Positions 16,964 to 26,186 are shown, counted from the first letter of the stretch. The stretch is 64,000 nt of DNA from a virus (IMGVR_UViG_3300037418_002332); one strand, 5' to 3'. Program-made: numbers and translations. Notes: generated from the letters alone by a model not told the origin.

Positions 16964-17406
16964 AATACATCATTTTGGATTTGGATGGTACAATTGCTTT
17001 GGGCGGTGAACGTCAAATTTTCTATTGGACCGAACCAAGAAATTGGAAAGCAGCAGTTGCAGGCATCATTTATGATGATGTAATTCAACCAACCAAAAAA
17101 CTGATTGAACTTTTTATTGCGGACGGATATTCAATCATTGTTCTAACAGCACGTCCTGCGAATTGTCGAAATAATTGTATTTCTTGGCTTGAACGTGTCG
17201 GCATTCCTTGGGTGGATATGTATCTTCGACATGACGATGATGATCGGGAAGACTATGTTATCAAGGAGGAGTTTCTTAAGGAAATGATTGATAAGTATGG
17301 CATGCCTGAGTTTGCTTTGGAAGACCAGCCGGAAGTGACAAGAATGTTCGCCCGGAATGGAGTTTTCACCTTTGGCATCAACCGACCAATTGGACCACAT
17401 CCTTGA
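16960..17406 (+). CDS. HAD-family phosphatase (T4 PseT 3'-phosphatase-like)
   Basis: DLDGT, LTARP, MYLR..DD.REDYVIKEE, LEDQP. Confidence 0.8.
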   Translation: MKYIILDLDGTIALGGERQIFYWTEPRNWKAAVAGIIYDDVIQPTKKLIELFIADGYSIIVLTARPANCRNNCISWLERVGIPWVDMYLRHDDDDREDYVIKEEFLKEMIDKYGMPEFALEDQPEVTRMFARNGVFTFGINRPIGPHP

Positions 17407-17734
17407 ATCAATCTTTGAGTCCTGTTTCAAGTACACTGAACGTAATCCAACAAAACCTATTCAACATTGGCTGAAAAGCAAGGCTCAATGTAAGAAATAC
17501 AAAACACTGGAGCTTTACCTAAAGCAAGATGGTAAATGTTACCATTGCGAAAAACCAATGCTTTACAAGGCAAATATTCATCATCCTTTGAAAACTAGTC
17601 TTGATCGAATCATTCCTGGATCATATGGTGGTGGTTACAAAATTAGCAATCTAGTTCTCTCCTGCATGACATGCAACAAGCAGCGTGGGGATAAAACCAT
17701 TGAAGAATACAATGAGTGGAAATCCGCCCAATAA
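17357..17734 (+). CDS. HNH endonuclease
   Basis: CYHC, SLDRIIP..YGGGY..SNLVLSCMTCN..RG; start uncertain. Confidence 0.75.
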   Translation: MEFSPLASTDQLDHILESIFESCFKYTERNPTKPIQHWLKSKAQCKKYKTLELYLKQDGKCYHCEKPMLYKANIHHPLKTSLDRIIPGSYGGGYKISNLVLSCMTCNKQRGDKTIEEYNEWKSAQ

Positions 17735-17749
17735 CACGCAAGATAATGC

Positions 17750-17778
17750 TTTTCTTTCTTCTCCAAATCAGGTATAAT
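17750..17778 (+). promoter_or_regulatory. early promoter
   Basis: TTTTCT-N17-TATAAT. Confidence 0.6.
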
Positions 17779-17817
17779 GTTTTTGTAAGTAGGAATTAAC
17801 TCTTCTGGAGAAATCCC

Positions 17818-18258
17818 GTGAAGCTCGTCATTGAAACCCAGTATAATGAGAACTATGGTGCTCACAACTGGAACGGTGAAGGTGAATGCCCGCAGTATTG
17901 GAAGAGCAAGGGTGGTTCGACATATGTTGTCGAAAATTTCGTGCCCGACTTTGATGACCTTTCAAATCAGGTTGCAAAGCTGATCGTGCTCGCCAAGATT
18001 GAGCATCGTGACGAAGCTTCTGAGGAATATGTGATCGACTGGACGGTCGAGGATGATTCCTATGAAACTCATAATGAAAAGCGCGATAACGAGCTCGAAG
18101 TTGAAGACGAGTACTATGCGAAGGATGTTCGCTGGTGGGATTACCGTCTGAACCAAGAAACTGGTGATCGCAGCCAGAAGTTCCGTGGGTATGATGGTAA
18201 GATCTACCTGCGCACTTGGCCGGTGAACGGTGAATTCTCAGAAAAGGAAATTGCATAA
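17818..18258 (+). CDS. conserved hypothetical phage protein
   Basis: MKLVIETQYNENYGAHNW.G.GECPQYWK.KGG; ggaga RBS, GTG start. Confidence 0.7.
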   Translation: MKLVIETQYNENYGAHNWNGEGECPQYWKSKGGSTYVVENFVPDFDDLSNQVAKLIVLAKIEHRDEASEEYVIDWTVEDDSYETHNEKRDNELEVEDEYYAKDVRWWDYRLNQETGDRSQKFRGYDGKIYLRTWPVNGEFSEKEIA

Positions 18259-18461
18259 TGGTTGCGGTTTGGGCAATTTTGAGCACTCCGTTTTGGTTGT
18301 TCTTTCTGTTTTGGACGTTCCTCGGGTGCTTTGCCAATGATATCACCATCAAGGGTAAGCAGGTTTATGGTTGGGAACGCATCGCGATGAGATTGATTGC
18401 ATTGATAATCGGTTTCGTCTGCGCTCTGATCGCCCTTTGGATGGATGGTGCCTTTGCATGA
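18258..18461 (+). CDS. small membrane protein
   Basis: two hydrophobic helices. Confidence 0.55.
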   Translation: MVAVWAILSTPFWLFFLFWTFLGCFANDITIKGKQVYGWERIAMRLIALIIGFVCALIALWMDGAFA

Positions 18462-18670
18462 AGAAAGCTGATGAACGCAGACAACTCTGGATCGATGAGA
18501 CCCAGATGTTTCAGCGGATCGCCAAAGTTGCGGTGACACCTGCTGATGAACTTGGTGCTGAATGGGACAAGTTCAATAAACGTCAGCGAGATTTCAATGT
18601 TCAACATATCCAGACGCATCAAATTATTCAGGATGCGGCAGTGAAGGTTGGAAAATCGAGGAATTCGTGA
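18458..18670 (+). CDS. hypothetical protein
   Basis: start moved to ATG 18458 (ATGA overlap). Confidence 0.55.
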   Translation: MKKADERRQLWIDETQMFQRIAKVAVTPADELGAEWDKFNKRQRDFNVQHIQTHQIIQDAAVKVGKSRNS

Positions 18671-18942
18671 TGGCTAAGTTGACCGACAAAAATGCGATCA
18701 AAGTTGCTTTGTTGGTTGCCATCGACACCGAAGAATCTTTGGTTGATGCTTATCGTTCGCCTCACACCGGAAAAGTTGATGAAACCGAACCTGGTGTTAT
18801 TATTGCTCGTAACAGGATTTTCGCTTTTAAACGTGTTCTGAAGCGTTATTATGGAATTACTGAGTCACCTGATCCGTTGAAAGATGCTAAGGTCATTTCT
18901 CTTTCGGATTTGATGAAGGGCAAGATTGAAGATCAGGATTGA
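18667..18942 (+). CDS. hypothetical protein
   Basis: 91 aa ORF in tiling. Confidence 0.6.
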   Translation: MMAKLTDKNAIKVALLVAIDTEESLVDAYRSPHTGKVDETEPGVIIARNRIFAFKRVLKRYYGITESPDPLKDAKVISLSDLMKGKIEDQD

Positions 18943-19523
18943 GTATGGATTTATTTGAATCAAGTTTGGTCGAATTGACCAAAAGCATCATGTCTGAGAA
19001 TATCACATTTGCTGAGGTTGGTGAGGATGAAAAAATGCCGTGGCATAAACGGCATTATGAGAAAAGAATCTCTAAGGTCATCCTTTATTTGGAACAGGAA
19101 GGCAAGTGTTGCTTTTGTTCCGTTCGAATGTATGCCCATGCTAGTGGTAATCCCAAGCAGGATTCAGCTACCATTGAACATGTTCAATGCAGGCAGCACG
19201 GCGGCAAGGATGATATCAGCAATTACAAACTTTCCTGCTATATGTGCAACAATCTTCGTGGCACAATGGATTATGACGCATTCTTTGAATTGATCCAAAA
19301 ATACGGAAGAAATGGCTATAATTTGATCCAAAAAGCAGTTAAAAAGGATAGGAAGAATCAAGCTAAGGAACGCAAAAAAGCTAACGAGCTTGAGCAGCAA
19401 AGAATTGCTAAACTGCTTGGTGAAGAGAAAGCTAGGAAGAAACAAGAAAATAAGCAGCGCATGATGTTTGAGATGGCATATGGCGCATTGTACAAGTCGG
19501 CAATCTATAGGAAAGCGGCATGA
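18939..19523 (+). CDS. HNH endonuclease with C-terminal coiled coil
   Basis: CCFC, ATIEHV....GG.D.ISN..LSC..CN..RG. Confidence 0.8.
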   Translation: MSMDLFESSLVELTKSIMSENITFAEVGEDEKMPWHKRHYEKRISKVILYLEQEGKCCFCSVRMYAHASGNPKQDSATIEHVQCRQHGGKDDISNYKLSCYMCNNLRGTMDYDAFFELIQKYGRNGYNLIQKAVKKDRKNQAKERKKANELEQQRIAKLLGEEKARKKQENKQRMMFEMAYGALYKSAIYRKAA

Positions 19524-20689
19524 TCTACGATTTTGCAAATATCAAGACGATCGATCCAATCCTTGAAGTAATCAAGGACAAGCCAGAGTTCATCGTTGCA
19601 AACCGTGATTGGTACAATATCGTCAATTACATGGTGAACAAGGAAGACACGTTTCCAAATATCACGTCTCAGACCAACAAGAAGGAATTGCCAAAAGCTG
19701 TCCTGCTTCGCGAACTTCGTGGCATTGCGTTTGACGAAAATGGTGAAATCATCCATCGTTCATTGCACAAGTTCTTCAATTTGAATGAACGTCATGAAAC
19801 GATGCAACGTTTGATTGATTTCAAGGAACCACATGTGATGCTCGATAAGCTGGACGGTTCTATGCTTCGTCCATTGTTTAACCGTCAACACAATGGCTTC
19901 CGTATGGCAACCAAGATGGGTGTGACGGATGTTGCTTTCAATGCTGAGGTTTTCGTTTCTGAAAATCCAAAGTATTTCAAGCTGTTTCGTTATTGCTGGG
20001 ATAATGGTTTATCACCAACTTTCGAGTGGTGTTCTGAGCTCAATCGTATCGTCATTCTGTATAAGGACGACAATTTGGTGTTGACTGCTATTCGTGGACT
20101 TCACGACGGTAAGTACATGCCATACCATGAGATGGTTGATCTTGGTGCAAAGTTTGACATTCCAGTGGTCGGTGCTCATGACTCAGTCACAGACATCGAT
20201 GCTTTCTTGGCAAAGTTGAATGATTACACTAATATCGAAGGCTTCATAGTTCGTTTCGACACCGGTCAAATGTTGAAGATCAAGACGGATGAATATTGCT
20301 TGCAACACAAGTCCAAGGATATTGTTTCCTCAAAGAGGCAAATCATTGAACTCGTTTTGGATGAGAAAATCGATGACATCAAGCCGCGCTTGATTCAAGA
20401 AGATCTCGACAAGGTTGCCGGTGTAGAAAAAGAAGTTTTTGATGTAATTCAATCAATGTCCACGAAACTGAATGACGTGCATGCGCGTTATAAGCATATG
20501 GACAAGAAGAACTTCGCTCTGAACATTGCTGACAAGTTGACTCCTTTCGAAAGAAAGGGTTTCTTCTCAATGATGGACGGCAAGCAGCCAATTGAATTGG
20601 TTCGTCAATTCTTGAGGTCAAATGTTGGCAACAACGTAAAGCTTCAAGCCCTGAAGGATCAGTACAAGGTCTTCGTTGACGCGGAATGA
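19520..20689 (+). CDS. rnlA: RNA ligase 1 (T4 RnlA family)
   Basis: ELRGIAFD, HKFFNLNE, motif I DKLDGS, TFEW, EGFIV, LKIKTDEY. Confidence 0.9.
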   Translation: MIYDFANIKTIDPILEVIKDKPEFIVANRDWYNIVNYMVNKEDTFPNITSQTNKKELPKAVLLRELRGIAFDENGEIIHRSLHKFFNLNERHETMQRLIDFKEPHVMLDKLDGSMLRPLFNRQHNGFRMATKMGVTDVAFNAEVFVSENPKYFKLFRYCWDNGLSPTFEWCSELNRIVILYKDDNLVLTAIRGLHDGKYMPYHEMVDLGAKFDIPVVGAHDSVTDIDAFLAKLNDYTNIEGFIVRFDTGQMLKIKTDEYCLQHKSKDIVSSKRQIIELVLDEKIDDIKPRLIQEDLDKVAGVEKEVFDVIQSMSTKLNDVHARYKHMDKKNFALNIADKLTPFERKGFFSMMDGKQPIELVRQFLRSNVGNNVKLQALKDQYKVFVDAE

Positions 20690-20829
20690 TCCGATTCATC
20701 TTCTTAGCTTTGGTTCTCATGGTTTTCTTCTTCCTTTACATGAAGGAAGTGAGTGACCATGAGGACCGTCTTTTTGAACAATATTGTGTTCAACATATTG
20801 ATCCGGTTTGTGATTGGAGATTACAGTGA
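20686..20829 (+). CDS. small membrane protein (not in ORF track)
   Basis: 47 aa MIRFIFLALVLMVFFFLY..., ATGA and GTGA overlaps. Confidence 0.5.
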   Translation: MIRFIFLALVLMVFFFLYMKEVSDHEDRLFEQYCVQHIDPVCDWRLQ

Positions 20830-21083
20830 AAAAGTACGAATTCAAGCAGGTATTTACCAGGGATTTGGTTCAATACGGTAAACAGGGATGGAATATTTGT
20901 TGTGCCAGTGAATCAATCAATGGTTACACTCATTCTTTTTGGATGAGTCGTGAGATTGAAGAAGAACGCAAGGTCCCTGAATTCAATCTCCCTGAAACTG
21001 CTAATCCGGAGTGGATTGAAAAGAACAAGGAAGCTTTGTCGAAATATTTCAGCCAAACATCAGTGCTTCCGACTGGAGAGTAA
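20826..21083 (+). CDS. hypothetical protein
   Basis: GTG 20826 overlaps the upstream stop. Confidence 0.5.
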   Translation: MKKYEFKQVFTRDLVQYGKQGWNICCASESINGYTHSFWMSREIEEERKVPEFNLPETANPEWIEKNKEALSKYFSQTSVLPTGE

Positions 21084-21084
21084 T

Positions 21085-21273
21085 ATGAATCGAAATGAAG
21101 TTGTCGCGATCACTATCATTGCTGTTTGTAGTATTTTGACATTTACTATTTTTGGAGTTTTCCAATCAGAGAAACTCACAGCGGAAAAGATGAAAGCTTG
21201 TGTGGAGTCTGGTCAACATTGGGTTGCTGATCCTGATAGATGGGCTGTTGTCATGGAATGCCGCAATGATTAG
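21085..21273 (+). CDS. small membrane protein
   Basis: ggaga RBS, N-terminal hydrophobic helix. Confidence 0.55.
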   Translation: MNRNEVVAITIIAVCSILTFTIFGVFQSEKLTAEKMKACVESGQHWVADPDRWAVVMECRND

Positions 21274-21454
21274 TCATCATCCAAGAAACACTGTTATTGG
21301 TGGTGAATATGAAGATATGACTTGGCAAAAGGTCAAAGCAGGCAAGGAAGTTAAATTTGGTCCATTTGCCACTTATGAAGAAGCCTATGATTGCTGGAAG
21401 GCAAATATGTGGCTAAATGTGGACAATGCTTTGTTTAGGTTGAAAATCGTATGA
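21266..21454 (+). CDS. hypothetical protein
   Basis: start moved to ATG 21266. Confidence 0.5.
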   Translation: MISHHPRNTVIGGEYEDMTWQKVKAGKEVKFGPFATYEEAYDCWKANMWLNVDNALFRLKIV

Positions 21455-22020
21455 TTGATTATGGGTTGCTGCAGAAATCTATAGATTTCTATGAAAAGGC
21501 TGGATTCAAGAGAATAGAATCGCCTTGGCTTGTGTCTGAAGCCATAAATAAAATCACTGCTCCAGAATTTGTTGAGCAGTATTATGTAACCAAGGGTGAT
21601 AAGACGAAAACGTTTGTAGCATCCGGCGAGCAATCGTTTTTGTATCTGATCAACAAAGGATTTTTGCCTGAAGGTTCGTATCAAACAATAACACCTTGTA
21701 TGCGAAACGATGTTTTCGACTCTTGGCATACAAAATATTTCCTAAAAAATGAGTTGATTATTTTCGGGAAATCAGCTAGCAATAAGTTTGCCGTTGACTC
21801 TATTGTTGATTTGGCTGCAAGCTTTTTCAAAAATCAGATTTCCAAAGATCACAAGGATGAATTGGAAATTGTAAAAACACCCGATGGATTTGATATTGAA
21901 TTCCATGGTGTTGAGCTTGGTTCATATGGTCATCGTGAATGTGATTTTGCTGAGTGGATTTATGCCACCGGCTTGGCTGAACCAAGATTTTCAAAAACAA
22001 TGAAAAGATTTGATAGGTGA
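21451..22020 (+). CDS. stand-alone class II aminoacyl-tRNA-synthetase-like catalytic domain
   Basis: motif-1-like GFKRIESPWL, motif-2-like ITPCMRND..HTKYFLKNE, motif-3-like VELGSYG...YATGLAEPR; 189 aa, no anticodon-binding domain. Confidence 0.65.
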   Translation: MIDYGLLQKSIDFYEKAGFKRIESPWLVSEAINKITAPEFVEQYYVTKGDKTKTFVASGEQSFLYLINKGFLPEGSYQTITPCMRNDVFDSWHTKYFLKNELIIFGKSASNKFAVDSIVDLAASFFKNQISKDHKDELEIVKTPDGFDIEFHGVELGSYGHRECDFAEWIYATGLAEPRFSKTMKRFDR

Positions 22021-22023
22021 TGA

Positions 22024-22269
22024 ATGGGTTACCATAAGCGTGAAATCAAGAAGGGTGTACTCGGTTATTTTTCCAAGATACGTGAGGAATTTGAAGAGCT
22101 AGAAGATGCTCTTGAACAAGATAATCCAGTGATGGCTTTGGTTGAATTGAGCGATATGGTCGGCGCAATTGAAGCATACACTATGAAATATCATAACATT
22201 GATATTGATCAACTTTTAAATATGACCAGAGCGACACAAAGAGCGTTCAAAGATGGGTCAAGAAAATGA
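22024..22269 (+). CDS. MazG/HisE-like all-alpha NTP pyrophosphohydrolase
   Basis: KIREEFEELEDA...ELSDM.GAI (ExxE...ExxD). Confidence 0.7.
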   Translation: MGYHKREIKKGVLGYFSKIREEFEELEDALEQDNPVMALVELSDMVGAIEAYTMKYHNIDIDQLLNMTRATQRAFKDGSRK

Positions 22270-22275
22270 GAATTT

Positions 22276-23172
22276 ATGGCATCCAAATTACGAGACGCAA
22301 TCAAAAGAGGACTGGTTAAAGACTATCCTTCATGGCTACCTGAAAACCTTCATTATGAAGTCATCATGGGTTCAATGGCTTATGGTGTTTCAACAGACTC
22401 ATCCGACATGGATATCTATGGATGGTGCATTCCACCTAAGCAAATGCTGTTTCCGCATTTAGCTGGCGAGATTGAAGGATTTGGAACTCAAAAGCCAAGA
22501 TTCAATCATTTCCAAATGCATCATGTTGTTGATCATCGCAAGAATACGGAATACGACTTTTCAATTTACAATATTGCAAAGTATTTCCAGCTTGCTATGG
22601 ATAACAATCCAAACATGATTGATAGTTTATTTGTTCCACTCAACTGTATCACACATATGTCAAAAGTTGGTCAGATGGTGCGTGAACAAAGAAGAGAATT
22701 CCTTCACAAAGGTTCATTCCACAAAATGAAGGGATATGCCTATGCTCAAATGTCAAAAATTGAGAATGGTGCAAATAGAAGTAACGAGAAACGAAAAGAT
22801 TCAGTCGACAAGTATGGCTATGACGTAAAGTTTGGTTATCATTTGGTACGACTGATGGATGAAGCAGAACAAATTCTGACATATCACGATCTGGACTTGC
22901 AGAAAAACAACGAACAGTTGAAAGCAATCCGTCGTGGTGAAGTTTCGTTCAACGAACTCAAGAAATGGTTTGCTTCAAAGGAAACCCAATTAGAAACGTT
23001 GTATGCAAATTCAACGTTGAGACAGAAGCCTGATGAAGGAAAAATTCGTCAGTTGCTTGTAAACTGTCTAGAAGATCATTATGGATCACTTGCTGATGCA
23101 GTTCGGGTTGAACCCAATTACGCTGCGATGGGCGAGGAACTTCGTAATGTACTGAAAAGGTATGGTGTATGA
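22276..23172 (+). CDS. predicted nucleotidyltransferase (Pol beta fold, RlaP/T4 NrdC.11-like)
   Basis: GSMAYGVSTDSSDMDIYG, NNPNMIDSLF, KFGYHLVRL. Confidence 0.85.
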   Translation: MASKLRDAIKRGLVKDYPSWLPENLHYEVIMGSMAYGVSTDSSDMDIYGWCIPPKQMLFPHLAGEIEGFGTQKPRFNHFQMHHVVDHRKNTEYDFSIYNIAKYFQLAMDNNPNMIDSLFVPLNCITHMSKVGQMVREQRREFLHKGSFHKMKGYAYAQMSKIENGANRSNEKRKDSVDKYGYDVKFGYHLVRLMDEAEQILTYHDLDLQKNNEQLKAIRRGEVSFNELKKWFASKETQLETLYANSTLRQKPDEGKIRQLLVNCLEDHYGSLADAVRVEPNYAAMGEELRNVLKRYGV

Positions 23173-23396
23173 TGAAAGTATTTTGGTGGTTGATGAGCTT
23201 CAAACTTGTCAACTGGTTAGTGCTTCACCTACCCATACCGATTTTTCTTGGTCGTTATGCTGAGCTCACGATGAAAGAAGATAAGTATGACTACATGCTG
23301 CTTCAAGAATATATTAGAATACAAAAATACAAAGCAGATATGCAGAAAGAAGAAGAATGGCAATCGGAACCGCATCCTACTATGCTAGAACATTGA
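23169..23396 (+). CDS. hypothetical protein
   Basis: 75 aa, ATGA overlap. Confidence 0.45.
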   Translation: MMKVFWWLMSFKLVNWLVLHLPIPIFLGRYAELTMKEDKYDYMLLQEYIRIQKYKADMQKEEEWQSEPHPTMLEH

Positions 23397-23641
23397 ACGG
23401 AAGAAAAACGTCCAGTGGTGAAAGATATAACGAAAATTTATTGACAGCTGCCCATAGAAAGTATGCGTTTGGTACTAAATTAGAAGTGACTAATATAAGA
23501 AATCATAAAAAGGTTGTTGTAAAGGTCAACGATCGCGGACCATTTGTTGGTGGAAGAATCATTGACTTATCAAGAGCAGCCGCGAATAAAATTGGTATGT
23601 TACAAACTGGTACTGCTAAAGTTTCAATTAGGAAGCTTTAG
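23357..23641 (+). CDS. rlpA: RlpA-like double-psi beta-barrel lytic transglycosylase
   Basis: GTASYY...TSSGERY...TAAHR...FGT...VKVNDRGPF..GRIIDLSRAAA..IGM. Confidence 0.9.
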   Translation: MAIGTASYYARTLNGRKTSSGERYNENLLTAAHRKYAFGTKLEVTNIRNHKKVVVKVNDRGPFVGGRIIDLSRAAANKIGMLQTGTAKVSIRKL

Positions 23642-23658
23642 AACCACAGGGTAGAAAA

Positions 23659-23985
23659 ATGTCACAGAAAATCTATGACGAAAACGGGAAGCTAGACGTA
23701 GAAAAGATGCTAGCTAATGGTTGGGAATACAGAGATTTTCCATGGGTTCACGAAAACTTGTTTTGCGAATTGGTGAAGCTTTTAGACGAAGATGATCTGA
23801 TTATCATGGCAAAAACTGAAATTACGGAAAATCAACAAACAGGTTCCTTCAAAAGAATTAGAGGTCAATTTCTTCTTTCTGATGAAGGTTCGCAAAAACT
23901 TAGAGATTGGGTTGATACGAACACAGCCTTAATTACGATGCAAACGAGTGATTTATCTAATGCAAACAACATCATCGCAATCTGA
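23659..23985 (+). CDS. hypothetical protein
   Basis: 108 aa ORF. Confidence 0.55.
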   Translation: MSQKIYDENGKLDVEKMLANGWEYRDFPWVHENLFCELVKLLDEDDLIIMAKTEITENQQTGSFKRIRGQFLLSDEGSQKLRDWVDTNTALITMQTSDLSNANNIIAI

Positions 23986-24787
23986 CAAGATCATTAAATA
24001 TCTTCCAGGGATAACCAATTACAATTCCGGGAAGATTGGAACTAACAAAGGTGTTATTGTTGACACCGAAGCTACAGACAAAGACCCTAAATCAGCAACG
24101 CTCATAGAGTTGACGATGCTGCCTTTCACGTTCACAGATGAAATGGAAATTTGTGAAATCAAGAAACCAGTCACATTACTCAATGATCCTGGCGGTCCAC
24201 TTTCCGATGAAGTCAAAAAGTTGACAGGTCTGACTGACAAAATGTTGCGCGGTCATTCATTGGATTATGAGCTTATCATCGATACAATGAATGACAATGA
24301 AATCACTTTGGCGCATAATGCCAAATTCGACAGAACGATCCTTGAACGTCATGTTGCAATTCCAGATTACATTTGGGGATGTACCATGTATGACATTGAT
24401 TATGAAGCAAAATTGATAAATTCAAGAGCCCAAGATTACATTGCATTCCGTAATGGATTTTGGTATGAAGGACATCGCTCTGAAGAAGATTGTCGGGCAT
24501 TAGCTCACATTTTGAATTCAAAGTTCAATGGTGTTTCTTATTTCCAAGAACTCATGTTGAAAGTGTATGAATCAACCTTCAAAATTATCTTACGTGATAC
24601 TGAGTTCAATGATAATTCATTGATGAAAAAATTCAAGTTCAAATGGGATGGTGTTGAAAAATACTGGTTCCGCCCTTTCACCACCGAAGCTGAAGGTGAA
24701 CAAATTCGTGAAGAACTTTTTCCGAAATTGACTAAATATTCAGCGACTAAAGTCGTGGAGGATATTAACAAACGATATAAAGGTTGA
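23960..24787 (+). CDS. DEDDh 3'-5' exonuclease (DnaQ/Pol III epsilon-like)
   Basis: VDTEAT, AHNAKFD, HRSEEDC. Confidence 0.85.
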   Translation: MQTTSSQSDKIIKYLPGITNYNSGKIGTNKGVIVDTEATDKDPKSATLIELTMLPFTFTDEMEICEIKKPVTLLNDPGGPLSDEVKKLTGLTDKMLRGHSLDYELIIDTMNDNEITLAHNAKFDRTILERHVAIPDYIWGCTMYDIDYEAKLINSRAQDYIAFRNGFWYEGHRSEEDCRALAHILNSKFNGVSYFQELMLKVYESTFKIILRDTEFNDNSLMKKFKFKWDGVEKYWFRPFTTEAEGEQIREELFPKLTKYSATKVVEDINKRYKG

Positions 24788-24788
24788 A

Positions 24789-25040
24789 ATGATTTTCTAT
24801 TCATTAGTTGTTGTGTGCATCATTCTATTCATTTGGCAGTATAACACTGCTCTATCATCCAGCAAGGTTATGAGAATGCTTGGTGAACTTTCGGATGAAG
24901 ATTCAGAAAATATGGATGAGTTGAGAAGAATCATGCATTATCATTTAGCACCAATTCCATCATTGTGGTTCGGATTTAAACATTGGTTTGTTCCATATCA
25001 TAGTCCACTTCAATATGAAAGATTGTCTGATTTTCAGTAA
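24789..25040 (+). CDS. membrane-anchored hypothetical protein
   Basis: N-terminal hydrophobic helix. Confidence 0.55.
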   Translation: MIFYSLVVVCIILFIWQYNTALSSSKVMRMLGELSDEDSENMDELRRIMHYHLAPIPSLWFGFKHWFVPYHSPLQYERLSDFQ

Positions 25041-25047
25041 TTTACTA

Positions 25048-25076
25048 TTTACTTTTTGATAGAGATCAATTATATT
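25048..25076 (+). promoter_or_regulatory. early promoter
   Basis: TTTACT-N17-TATATT. Confidence 0.6.
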
Positions 25077-25100
25077 TGTAGTGTGAGATTGAGGTGTAAA

Positions 25101-25715
25101 ATGTTTAAGAAGGCTGCGTTCGTAATTGCTGGTTTGCTGACTGCGACGCAGCCTTCATTCGCAAGTCCGCCCGATGTTTTCGGTTCCGTCGCGATCAAAC
25201 TCGGTAATGTTTCGATCGACGAAAAGTGGTTGCCGATTCAAAAAGAAATCGACGCATGTGTTGATGGTAGTTGCTTCACTCCCGAATTCAAAAAGTTCCT
25301 CGCTGGGTTGAAAGGCAAGACCTTTAAGGATCAGCTTGAAGCGATTAATCTCCATGTGAATCAAATCATCAAATACAAAAATGACGTTGATGATGAATGG
25401 ACAGGTCCTGGCGAAACCCTTGCTCGCGGTTATGGTGATTGTGAGGATTATGCAATTCTCAAGTTGACTGCATTGCGCAATATTGGTATTGATTCCCAGT
25501 ATCTTGCGATGGTCGTTGTGAATTTCAAAGGCACTGATGGCAAAGTCAATTACCATGCGGTAACCACGGTTTCAACAAATTTCGGTTATCAGGTTTTGGA
25601 TATCGTCACCAACGCGGTTTATAACGATTCAACCAACCACGTTTACTTTCCGTTATACTCTTTCAGCGATAATGCAGTTTATATCGCTGGAAGGAAAGTG
25701 AGCAATGGCAATTGA
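25101..25715 (+). CDS. secreted transglutaminase-like cysteine proteinase (BTLCP/LapG family)
   Basis: Signal peptide MFKKAAFVIAGLLTATQPSFA; GDCEDYAILK, YHAV, VLD catalytic triad pattern. Confidence 0.85.
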   Translation: MFKKAAFVIAGLLTATQPSFASPPDVFGSVAIKLGNVSIDEKWLPIQKEIDACVDGSCFTPEFKKFLAGLKGKTFKDQLEAINLHVNQIIKYKNDVDDEWTGPGETLARGYGDCEDYAILKLTALRNIGIDSQYLAMVVVNFKGTDGKVNYHAVTTVSTNFGYQVLDIVTNAVYNDSTNHVYFPLYSFSDNAVYIAGRKVSNGN

Positions 25716-25881
25716 TGAGCTTGAGGAACTCGTAAACAAGGAACTTTCTCGTGATATGCGCGAAAGAGAAGCATATCCTGAACTCAAGGATAGCGATCCA
25801 TTTTGGAATGGTGAAATCATCGAAGGAAAAATGCACGAGAACAAAGATATCTCTTTACCTTGCCTCACTTTCAAGCTATAA
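25705..25881 (+). CDS. small hypothetical protein (not in ORF track)
   Basis: 58 aa MAIDELEELVNKELS..., aagga RBS. Confidence 0.45.
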   Translation: MAIDELEELVNKELSRDMREREAYPELKDSDPFWNGEIIEGKMHENKDISLPCLTFKL

Positions 25882-25882
25882 T
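25840..25882 (+). promoter_or_regulatory. early promoter
   Basis: ACAAAGATATCTC-TTTACC-N17-TATAAT; 18-nt block identical to 27213-27230. Confidence 0.75.
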
Positions 25883-25908
25883 GTTTGAAAGTGATGAAGG
25901 GTGTTGAA

Positions 25909-26184
25909 ATGGATATCTCTGAAATCAAGGAAGGCTCTGTCCTCCGTTTGATTTGGGTAAAGGGTTATGGTGGTCATGGTGCTACCATGAAAATCACCAA
26001 AGTGAACAACAAATCCTTCAAGGCTGTAGAAATGAATCGTTCCTACAGCCCAGGAACCCTGTGGACTATCCACAAAAATTCTGAATTTCTCGTTCTGAGC
26101 GGTGAGAACAAATTTAAGTTCAATCGTGGTGAACTCGAATATTCAGGCAAGAACGAATATTTTGGTTTGGGTGATTGGCAATAA
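25909..26184 (+). CDS. hypothetical early protein
   Basis: ORF behind early promoter; start uncertain. Confidence 0.6.
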   Translation: MDISEIKEGSVLRLIWVKGYGGHGATMKITKVNNKSFKAVEMNRSYSPGTLWTIHKNSEFLVLSGENKFKFNRGELEYSGKNEYFGLGDWQ

Positions 26185-26186
26185 AT

